64,000 nt of DNA from Candidatus Aminicenantes bacterium (GTDB lineage: Bacteria > Acidobacteriota > Aminicenantia > Aminicenantales > UBA4085): assembly GCA_963848835.1 (NCBI GenBank), contig CAWKFB010000017.1, positions 12,675 through 76,674 of the forward strand. The letters run 5' to 3'. A program made the translations under genes and the position numbers. Below the pieces are notes generated by a model. It did not search any database. It was not told the origin of the DNA and was given only the letters and a program-made list of their open reading frames with translations. Shown here piece after piece: positions 9,235 to 16,924 of the stretch (the stretch's first letter is position 1; every line of letters begins with the position of its first letter).

Positions 9235-10277
9235 TGAAGATTGATCGACTTCGGCATTTCGATAAAATCCTCGGCTCGATCTTATCGATCCTCCTCGCCA
9301 GCGCCGTCGGCCGCGCGCAGGGGAATGGCCCCGCGAAGATCGAGTTCAGCGATCTGGCCTTCGTCCACGACCTCGCTTTGGGCACCTCGGAAAACGACCC
9401 GGTCACTTTTAAAAACCCGGCGGGAGTCGCCGTCGACAAGGAGCGCCGAATCTACGTCGCCGATCCGACGAACAAGTGCATTGAGGTCTTCGCATCCGAC
9501 GGCCGGCATCTCGAAACGATCGGAGGAAAGGAAGGAGTTCTTCGTCTCGACGGGCCGGCCAGCATCTGTTTCGACGACCAGGACGTCCTTTTTATCTTCG
9601 AATTCACCAGGAGCACTCGAAGGATCGTCGCAATTTCGTTGGAGAAAAAGATCCTGCGGAGCTATCCCCTACGTTATCCGCCCGCAAAGATCCTGAGCGT
9701 TGACGATTCGATTCTCGCCGGGCTCGCGGCATCCGATTACAACATCCAAAAGTTCTCAAAAGAGGGTCGGCTCATCGCCGAGATGGACCTCGTGTCCGGA
9801 CAGGAGGAGGAGAAAGCGGCGACATCATTCGCTTTGGACCGTGGCGGAAACCTTCATCTGGCCAGGAAATTCGTTCCTGTCATTAAGCGACTCGCTCCCG
9901 ACGGCCGCGAATTATCGTCCTTCGAGTACAATCCGACGATCGCCAATCGGCAGCCCCCCATCCAGCTGAAGTCGATTCCTCTCGGGCAGAGGGGGAACGC
10001 CGGGGCATTCAGGATCGAGGGCGCGAAATATCCGATCTGTTACGACATTGCGGTCGATTCTAAGGGATTCCAATATTTGTTGGTCGCCAGGGATCACGCC
10101 CAATCCGAGCTCTGCGCCCTGTGGAGGATCGATCCCGAAAACAAGAAGATCGAATCGGCGCCCCTACCGTTCTGGTGCAGCCGGATCCACATTGACCGGT
10201 TCGACCAATTCTATTTCTTCGGGTCGTCTGACGCCCCCTATGTCAACCGCTGTCGCGCCGAGCGCCGCCGTCCCTAA
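9231..10277 (+). CDS. NHL-repeat six-bladed beta-propeller protein (tandem paralog)
   Basis: 348 aa, with an ATGA overlap with the previous gene. NHL blades are NPAGVAVDKERRIYVADPTNKCIEVFASDGRHLETIGG and ICYDIAVDSKGFQYLLV. The C-terminus parallels the neighbouring paralog (FLCSRLLIDKSGRFYFL versus FWCSRIHIDRFDQFYFF). Confidence 0.85.
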   Translation: MMKIDRLRHFDKILGSILSILLASAVGRAQGNGPAKIEFSDLAFVHDLALGTSENDPVTFKNPAGVAVDKERRIYVADPTNKCIEVFASDGRHLETIGGKEGVLRLDGPASICFDDQDVLFIFEFTRSTRRIVAISLEKKILRSYPLRYPPAKILSVDDSILAGLAASDYNIQKFSKEGRLIAEMDLVSGQEEEKAATSFALDRGGNLHLARKFVPVIKRLAPDGRELSSFEYNPTIANRQPPIQLKSIPLGQRGNAGAFRIEGAKYPICYDIAVDSKGFQYLLVARDHAQSELCALWRIDPENKKIESAPLPFWCSRIHIDRFDQFYFFGSSDAPYVNRCRAERRRP

Positions 10278-10278
10278 C

Positions 10279-10305
10279 GGAATTCGGGGGACAATAGGTA
10301 ATTCC
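10279..10305 (+). repeat. Family-A short palindromic (REP-like) element, copy A4
   Basis: Sequence is GGAATTcgggggacaataggtAATTCC. It starts 2 nt after the TAA stop (10275-10277) of 9231..10277. Confidence 0.65.
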
Positions 10306-10311
10306 TGAACT

Positions 10312-10335
10312 CGGGGACGTGATTCCCTGTCCCCG
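10312..10335 (+). terminator. Hairpin between convergent genes (possible terminator)
   Basis: Sequence is CGGGGACgtgattccctGTCCCCG, with a 7-bp GC-rich stem. There is no clear U-tract. It sits between the inverted A4/A5 repeat pair. Confidence 0.35.
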
Positions 10336-10367
10336 AAGGGCGGCAGGATATCATGTCCCTCAATCTT

Positions 10368-10402
10368 TAATTAGGGAATTACGTATACTGTCCCCCGAAT
10401 TA
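10368..10402 (-). repeat. Family-A short palindromic (REP-like) element, copy A5
   Basis: Sequence is taattagggaattacgtatactgtcccccgaatta. The TTA at 10400-10402 is the TAA stop of minus-strand gene 10400..12661. It is inverted relative to A4, about 60 nt away. Confidence 0.7.
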
Positions 10403-12661
10403 TTTCTTTTTGAGGAGCTCGACGACGCCCTGCCGTTCCAAGTTCCGGATGATGTTCGCCACCGCTTCGATGTCGACGTCGGGATACTCGGGCCCGAGGA
10501 CGTAGGCGTATTTGCCTTCGTTGCTTCCGACCTGGAGGTTCCCGCACTCGGCCCGGACGGCATTGTAGATGTCCAGGATGCTCCGCTTGCCGTCGATGAA
10601 ATAATTGGTCGAGGTCGAGGCGAAGCCCATGCCTCCGCGCTGACCGCCCGGGGCGCCGGAGGGCGCGCCCGCCGCGGGCTTTGCCGCCGGAGCGGGGGGC
10701 ACTCCGGCCGCGGCTTGTTTCGCCGGAGGTTCCGTGGGAACAGGCGGCTTGGCTTGCGGCTGAGCCGGGGCTTCCCCGGTCCTACCCGAAGGCAGGGCGG
10801 GTGGCTGCCCGCCGCGCTGGCCCTGGCCGAGCTTCTGAGCTTCCGGCGAATAAACTTTGAATTTCCGTCGCGGGATGAGCTGGGCGTACTCGCGCTCCTT
10901 GTCCGTCATCGGGAGGACGGCCGGCTTCACCTTGAGCTCCGAGCAGAGGTCCCGGTAAACGGCCTCGAGCATCTTCAAGGCCGCCTGCCGGTTCGCCTCG
11001 AGCCCGCCGCCGAGCGTCTTGATCAGGCTCTCGACCTCGGGCGCCGCGCTCAGGCTCCGGACGGATTCGACGCTGCCCCGGCCCCGGCCGAAGGCTCCAT
11101 TGACCTTGTTCTGAGCGGCCTTATGCCCCTCGTGGACATTCTCCGGGTCCTTCACGAGGAGCCGGACGCTCTGGCGGGCGACCTCGGCGATCCATTTCGA
11201 TCCGTTTTCGGCCGCTTCCCAGGCCAGGTCGCGGGCTTCCTGGGCGTCGGCCGCGGCGAGGTAGGCGAAAGCCGCGGCCGCTGTGAACCCGACCCGCTTC
11301 AGCTCGGTTGGATCGACCTCGGTGATCCGGTCGCCGCTGCTGTGGTAGAAGTTGTCCGGCCAGTAGTTGAACTGCATGGTCGGGATGCCGCCGGCGTTGA
11401 AGACGGAATGATCGCTGCCCGAGGTGATGGTCGCCAGCGGGCAGAGCCGGTAATTGAACTGGGCGTTCCTGCCCTGGGTCGTGCGCACATCGCTCTGGTC
11501 GACAAACTGGAGCAGGTTGGCCACGAGGTCGTTCAGGAAGCTCGGCCGGGCATCCGGGGTCATCTTGATCCGGAGATAGGAATCGGTCGAAACGGGGTTT
11601 GCCCCCGTCATGTCGAAATTGAGCGCCGCGACGAGCTTGTCCTGAAGCTCCGGATGCTTGTTCATATAGGCGGTCGAGCCCGAGATCTCGTTGCCCCAGA
11701 CGAAGCGGAGGGTCCGCCGGGGCTTGGGGATCGCCCCGTCGCGGATGAGCCGCGAGAGCGTCCGGCCCACCTCGAGGATGGTCGCGACGCCGGTGCAGTT
11801 GTCGTTGGCGCCGGGCGTGGCGATGGTCTCGTAGGCATGGGCGACGAAGAGGAGCTCGCCCGCGTTCGGATCGGTCCCGGGGATGGCCGCGGAAATGACG
11901 TTCATCTTCCCGGGATACGTCTTGGCCCGGACATGGGCACGCACGACGACCTTTTCGCCCCGTTCGCACAGGCCGCGCAATTCGAGAAACTGCCGGAGCG
12001 AGAGGGAGAAGCCGAACCCGCCCGTATCGGGCTTCGGGGAAACGCTCCCCCAGCCGATCTGATCGAACGTCGCGCCGGCCGCGTTGCCGCTGATCCCGGG
12101 CGAGCCCGTCCCGAGCGCTCCGGCCGCGCCGCGGACGTTGACCGCAGTGCCGAAGACCGAGCCGACAGAGCCGCTGCCGAGGACGATCTTGCCCTTGACG
12201 TCCTTGCCGGCGTAGTCCGCCTCGCGCCCGGCGCCGACATAGACGAGCTCCGCCTCGACGTCGGCGTTCATGCTGCCCGGCGCGAGCGAGGTCGGGACCT
12301 GGTTGAGCGAGGCGATCTTCTTCAGGACGGGCTTGACCAGCCAGAGGTCGCCTTCCTCCCCGTCCCACGTGTCGCGCGACGGAAAGAAGTCCACCTGGAC
12401 GTCGGTCAGGCCGTACTGCTTTGCCATATCGCGGATGTAGCCGGTCTCATAGTAGCCGTCCTGGTACTCGGCAGGCTGGCGGTCCCGGTTGGCCGAGATC
12501 ATCTGGACGTGCATGAACGCCTGCTCGCCCGAGAACTCCTGGAGGATCGGATTGCGGAGGGCGGGCGGGACGAGACAGCGGTCGGGAGGGACCTGGGCGA
12601 TGACGAGCCTCCGATCAGGACGCCCAGGACGATAAAGAGCGGGGCGAAGCGGCGTAGTCAT
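10400..12661 (-). CDS. M28-family zinc aminopeptidase with PA-like insert, Pro/Ala-rich linker and extra C-terminal domain
   Basis: 753 aa. M28-type motifs are FVAHAYETIATPGANDNCTGVATILE, FVWGNEISGSTAYM and HSSGD. There is a long low-complexity linker (..GGQPPALPSGRTGEAPAQPQAKPPVPTEPPAKQAAAGVPPAPAAKPAAGAP..). The N-terminus as called lacks a signal peptide (see findings). Confidence 0.8.
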   Translation of the reverse strand: MTTPLRPALYRPGRPDRRLVIAQVPPDRCLVPPALRNPILQEFSGEQAFMHVQMISANRDRQPAEYQDGYYETGYIRDMAKQYGLTDVQVDFFPSRDTWDGEEGDLWLVKPVLKKIASLNQVPTSLAPGSMNADVEAELVYVGAGREADYAGKDVKGKIVLGSGSVGSVFGTAVNVRGAAGALGTGSPGISGNAAGATFDQIGWGSVSPKPDTGGFGFSLSLRQFLELRGLCERGEKVVVRAHVRAKTYPGKMNVISAAIPGTDPNAGELLFVAHAYETIATPGANDNCTGVATILEVGRTLSRLIRDGAIPKPRRTLRFVWGNEISGSTAYMNKHPELQDKLVAALNFDMTGANPVSTDSYLRIKMTPDARPSFLNDLVANLLQFVDQSDVRTTQGRNAQFNYRLCPLATITSGSDHSVFNAGGIPTMQFNYWPDNFYHSSGDRITEVDPTELKRVGFTAAAAFAYLAAADAQEARDLAWEAAENGSKWIAEVARQSVRLLVKDPENVHEGHKAAQNKVNGAFGRGRGSVESVRSLSAAPEVESLIKTLGGGLEANRQAALKMLEAVYRDLCSELKVKPAVLPMTDKEREYAQLIPRRKFKVYSPEAQKLGQGQRGGQPPALPSGRTGEAPAQPQAKPPVPTEPPAKQAAAGVPPAPAAKPAAGAPSGAPGGQRGGMGFASTSTNYFIDGKRSILDIYNAVRAECGNLQVGSNEGKYAYVLGPEYPDVDIEAVANIIRNLERQGVVELLKKK

Positions 12662-12679
12662 GACGGCCTCCTCGGTCGG

Positions 12680-13102
12680 TTACTTGACGAGCGTGATCTG
12701 GAGCCGGATCTCGGGGCCGCCGGCCAGGGCCTTCGACACGGGGCAGCCCTTCTTGGCGGCTTCGGCGTGGATACGGAGGGCCTCTTCGGTCAGACCCGGG
12801 ACTTCGGCCTCGGTCTTGAGCTCGATGAGGGCGATGGTCGGCCCGGCCTCGAGATGGACGGTTGCCGTCGTGGCGATGCGCGTCGGCGTGAAGCCTTCCT
12901 TTGCCAGCAGGGCGGCGAGGAACATCGAGAAGCACCCGGCGTGAGCCGCCCCGACGAGCTCCTCGGGATTGGTCCCCTTCCCTTCTTCGAAGCGCGAGGC
13001 ATAGGTATAGGCGCCCTCATAAGCGCCGCTGGCCAGCCGCATCGTGCCGGCGCCGTCTTTGAGGGTCCCCTTCCAAACCGCGGATGAGGTTCTTACGGCC
13101 AT
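12680..13102 (-). CDS. osmC: OsmC/Ohr-family peroxiredoxin
   Basis: 140 aa. WKGTLKDGAGTM.., ..NPEELVGAAHAGCFSMFLAALLAKEG.. and ..AAKKGCPVSKAL.. carry the two conserved Cys in typical OsmC context. Confidence 0.9.
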   Translation of the reverse strand: MAVRTSSAVWKGTLKDGAGTMRLASGAYEGAYTYASRFEEGKGTNPEELVGAAHAGCFSMFLAALLAKEGFTPTRIATTATVHLEAGPTIALIELKTEAEVPGLTEEALRIHAEAAKKGCPVSKALAGGPEIRLQITLVK

Positions 13103-13107
13103 GGCGG

Positions 13108-14127
13108 TTACTTCGTCTTGTTCTTGTAACCGGCCGGGACCTGGAACGCGGCCGCGTCCACGGTCTCGACGCTGACGGACTTCACTTCCGTGTAAAAAGC
13201 GATCACGGGGGCCTTTTCAGCCTCCGGATCGGGCTTCTTCTTGAGTAAGCCGCCGACCGCCTTCCCGAGGAGGCCGCCGCCCGTCGTCGGCTGGGGCTCT
13301 TCCTGGGGCTTGACCTTCGGCATTGGATAATACTTGCCGTCGGTAACGATCGGATAGCCCTGGATCTTCCCCATCTCCTGGGCGACCTGGACCGACTTGG
13401 CGTCCATCTTCGATCCGCCGCCGACGGGATCCAGCCCGGCCAGGAGGGAGATCCACTGCGTCCCGAGAACGTCGTTCTGGAGCTTGGTCACGTCGAGGCC
13501 CATCGCTTTGAGGTAGGCAGGAATAGAAGGCCGATTCCTCAGCCTGGGCGGCGCCGAGGGCGTCGCCGGGGGTGGTCCACAGGACGGTCTCGAGCCGGTC
13601 GGTCCCCTTGTCCCCCGTCTTCGTGTTCTCCCAATCGACCGTCCAGAGGGCGACATACTTCCTGCAATCGAACCCGTTGATGGCCTTCGACTCGCCCGTG
13701 TCCTCGACCTTGAACTCGCTCTTGACGATCTTGATGTCGCTCTCCTGGGCCTCAGGCTTGCTCTGCTGCTGGGCGGCCATGGCCTTGTTGCGGTCCGCGA
13801 CGAACTTTTCGATCGAAGTGACCGTGTACTCCTTGCGCCGGTGATCGATCGTTCGTGATCGAGCTCGCTCCCAGGTCGACGAGCTCGGACGTCTTCCCGG
13901 TCGGGAAGAAGGCCTTGAAGATGCCCGCCGAGGATGCCCTGGCCTTTGAAGGCGCTGTCCAAGTCGGCGAAGCGCTTATCGGCCGAGAGCCTTTCGGTCT
14001 GGGTGGACGTGAACGTCCCGAACTTCTTGAACGTGATCTGCGATGAGGTCGTCCGGACGACCCCGCCGAACGAAAGCGAAGCCGCGATCAGGGCGACCGC
14101 CGCGGTGAACATAAACCCTTTTCTCAT
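13108..14127 (-). pseudogene. Secreted hypothetical protein; two frame changes
   Basis: The N-terminus (signal MRKGFMFTAAVALIAASLSFG) and C-terminus (..YLKAMGLDVTKLQ..AFQVPAGYKNKTK) are in the frame of ORF 13108..14127. The middle of that ORF is Arg/Ser/Pro junk. ORF 13217..13780 carries a plausible middle (..KIVKSEFKVEDTGESKAINGFDCRKYVALWTVDWENTK..). Confidence 0.55.
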
Positions 14128-14215
14128 AACGACCTCCTGAATTGAGAATTCCCATACATTTTATCGGCACTCGGCGGGAAAGCAAAGCCGCTTTCGGGGG
14201 AAAGGGTGTTTTGTC

Positions 14216-15537
14216 CTATCTAATTATTTCGGTCTCGGTTCCGACGGCAAAGAATTTGTATTTATCATAGGCGATATCGATATTCAGCTTGAGAGTCCGA
14301 TCCTTGCTGAAATCCCCCCGCCTAGGGTATTCGACTCGAATAGACGAGCTCGTCGGAAACAGGATTCCATTTTTATCTTGTCCATAAGCACGTGAGTCGT
14401 GACGAGATAGGGCCTGACTCTGAACTGGATGCCGTCGTTGAGGACGTCTTCGTATCCTTCGACCGGAACTCCCTGAATTTCGATCCGAAGGACCCGGCCA
14501 TCGTTTTGCGCGACCCAAACCCTCGCGCTTTCGACGCCCCATAGATTGCCGGGCTTGGGAACGGCTTGGAGCACGAAAGAACGGCTTCCCTTGACGGAAT
14601 CCATCTTGACGAAGCTGAAAAAGTAAAAAGCCTGCGCGTCACGACCCAGAATTCGGATTGCTGCGAGTTTGCTTTCCCGCACCGCTTGAACTGCGGCGAA
14701 GTCCAGATAAGGATGCAGCGGCCTCTCGACCTTGATCTCGGCAACGGATCCGCTCTCGTCGGTGACGACGCGGAGCTCGACTGTGCCTTGAATCCCTTGC
14801 TTCCTCAGCTCCTCTGGGTAGGCGGGGATGACCATGTTGAGCTCTTTGGGAGGCGTGATCGGTGTCGCGAGGACCGCCTTCGGCTTCTCGCCCTTTCTCC
14901 GTGCGTAGACTAAAAGAAAATAGGTCTTCCCGCCGGCTGGAATACTCGCCAATATCGGGCCATCGATGTTCAGGAAGAATTTCGTTTCAACGATCGTATC
15001 CCATCGGAAGTCGGGCTTTTCGTATTGACCTTTCTTCAGCTTATTGATTCGTTCTTCGTATTTGACCGGATCCTCCGCCCCATAATTGAGAGTGTAGCCA
15101 AGCTCGAGTGTTTCCGGGGAGATAAGAACGGGTGAAAGCACCATGTGAAAATGATGATAGCGTTGTTCGATGTTATGGTTGTAGGTCGCTCTTTTGCCTT
15201 CCCATCCGACGGAGTAGGCGAAATATTCGGTCACGTCGTTCAAATCGAATTTTTCCAGAAGGTAATCGATCGTCTTCGCCGTAATATCAGACCCAACGTT
15301 GTTGAGAATAGCCTTAATCTGAGACAGTTTTGGCTCCGTCTCTTCGGTGAATATCGATATCTCGGTCGGCTTGGTCCCTGGCTCCGCCTCCGCAGCAAAA
15401 AGATGGAAATGAAATACGACATTTTTCTGCGGCGCCGACCTCATCGGAGCCGCCGACGCCTGCCCGATGATGATCAACGCTGAAATCAGGGCATACTTCC
15501 CGTGTTCTTTAAGCGCCATGGTTTCGCCCCCCGTCAA
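14216..15537 (-). pseudogene. TonB_C-domain protein with atypical architecture (domain internal); one frameshift
   Basis: The signal-like start is MALKEHGKYALISALIIIGQASAAP. An internal TonB C-terminal-type domain reads IPAYPEELRKQGIQGTVELRVVTDESGSVAEIKVERPLHPYLDFAAVQAVRESKL. Hand translation shows that one extra T in the T5 run at 14370-14374 joins ..HVLMDKIK to NGILFPTSSSIRVEYP.. (ORF 14216..14542). Confidence 0.65.
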
Positions 15538-16727
15538 AACGCGGGCGCCTCCATCTTGCGGTCGACGATCTTAAAATGATGGACGACGGCGTCGCTTTCA
15601 TCCCAAATGAAGAGGTCTTCGCCGAAGATTCTTAGACCGTGAACTGCGCGGTCCATTGGAATGATCCCCATTAAAACGCCATCTTCGTTGAAGACATCGA
15701 TTCTGTTGATGTCCATTTTGAGATTTTCGGGCTCAATGGAAATACGGCCGGCTCCTCCAACGGGTGCGACGGCTCCCCACTCTTCTTTTGTTATCTGGCG
15801 GTTCCATGTATTGACCCAAACCCTATTATTCGAATCGACGCCGATTCCCTGCGACACGGTAGCCATCCGGGGGCCCTTGATATCCACCAGCTTGCCCCGC
15901 GAATCGGCTTCAACGCTGCCTTTGTCGGTCATCTCCGTCGAATAAGCGAGCGGCCTGTCAGCCCGCCAAAGAAGCTTTCCTTCTGGCGAATACTTTTCTA
16001 TCCTATTCTGGTAGCAAAAGCTGATGTAAATATTATCCCGTCCGTCGGTCTCCAGTCGAAAATTGTTGGCAAGGGAATTTGCCATGGCTGCTTTGAAATC
16101 CGTGCCTTCGCCAAAGGCGGCTTCAAGCCGGCCGTCCGAATCGAGGATTTCGAGCAATTTTGGGAGCTTATCGCGCTCGGTCAAAAGCCTCCCCAGGAAG
16201 AATGAGCCGCCCTTGACGAACGCTCCGGATTTTAGCCTCCGGATCTGGACGATGGCTCGCTCCGAAAGCTTTACGGCTCCTCGATACACCCCGTTCGGTG
16301 CGAATAAGTGAATCCGCATGCCCATTATGTCGGGCACACAAAGCCGGTTTTCATCGTCGATGTCGAAAGACAATATGCGTTGAAATTCCCCGGGCCCCTG
16401 GCCTTTTCTTCCGATCGTAAGGACAAATTTCCCTTCAGGGCTTATTTTTTGGATTTGCGAATTGCGCGCATCCAACACATAGATAAAGCCCGAGGCATCT
16501 TGCACCACGTCGTAAGGCGCGCCAAACGCGAGGTTTGGATCGGTTTCATTCAAACCACCAATCGTCCTCACGAGCTCAAGCCTAACGGGAATATTCTCTC
16601 CCCAAACTCCTTTGACGTTGTGAATAAACGGAGGCTTGTTCGAAGCGCTGTTTTGTGGATCCGCCGATATCGTATTTGCAAGAACGATGGCTACGATTAA
16701 AGGAAAGCCCCGCATTTTTACGGACAT
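15534..16727 (-). CDS. Six-bladed beta-propeller protein (GxGPGEF type), secreted
   Basis: 397 aa with signal MRGFPLIVAIVLANTISA. Blades are GFIYVLDARNSQIQKISPEGKFVLTIGRKGQGPGEF. Its stop overlaps the start of the TonB_C gene at 15534-15537. GC is visibly lower than in neighbouring genes. Confidence 0.85.
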   Translation of the reverse strand: MSVKMRGFPLIVAIVLANTISADPQNSASNKPPFIHNVKGVWGENIPVRLELVRTIGGLNETDPNLAFGAPYDVVQDASGFIYVLDARNSQIQKISPEGKFVLTIGRKGQGPGEFQRILSFDIDDENRLCVPDIMGMRIHLFAPNGVYRGAVKLSERAIVQIRRLKSGAFVKGGSFFLGRLLTERDKLPKLLEILDSDGRLEAAFGEGTDFKAAMANSLANNFRLETDGRDNIYISFCYQNRIEKYSPEGKLLWRADRPLAYSTEMTDKGSVEADSRGKLVDIKGPRMATVSQGIGVDSNNRVWVNTWNRQITKEEWGAVAPVGGAGRISIEPENLKMDINRIDVFNEDGVLMGIIPMDRAVHGLRIFGEDLFIWDESDAVVHHFKIVDRKMEAPAF

Positions 16728-16889
16728 TTGAAACCACCCACCAATAATACGAATATGCCGAAGGAGGTGTTAAAAGTCAATAAAAAGTATGTCAACAAAT
16801 TAGATTATTTCCGACGTCAATTGAGGCTTCAACACGTCAATTCCGTCTCGTTTATTCAATATTCTAGCGCATTCTTTAAGTCCCTCCCC

Positions 16890-16918
16890 TTGCATCCCGC
16901 CCTTCCGATGAATAGGAT
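16890..16918 (+). promoter_or_regulatory. Candidate promoter for 16925.. (TTGCAT-17-TAGGAT), leaderless geometry
   Basis: Sequence is TTGCATcccgcccttccgatgaaTAGGAT, followed by only 6 nt (gttcgc) before ATG 16925. There is no SD. Confidence 0.4.
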
Positions 16919-16924
16919 GTTCGC

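Noticed and set aside
10319-13087. Very long ORFs antisense to recognisable genes. Examples are 10319..13087 (922 aa), 35492..38401 (969 aa), 52319..55699 (1126 aa), 45823..48090 (755 aa), 4120..6456 (778 aa), 30761..32770 (669 aa) and 26140..27630 (496 aa), plus many shorter ones.
   Set aside because: Their translations are Arg/Gly/Asp/Pro/Ala-rich low-complexity strings with no motifs. The opposite strand encodes clear families (M28, DUF5916-like, GH38, HK/RR/TolB-like, S9, HppA, ALDH). Stop-poor reverse frames are expected at this GC content.
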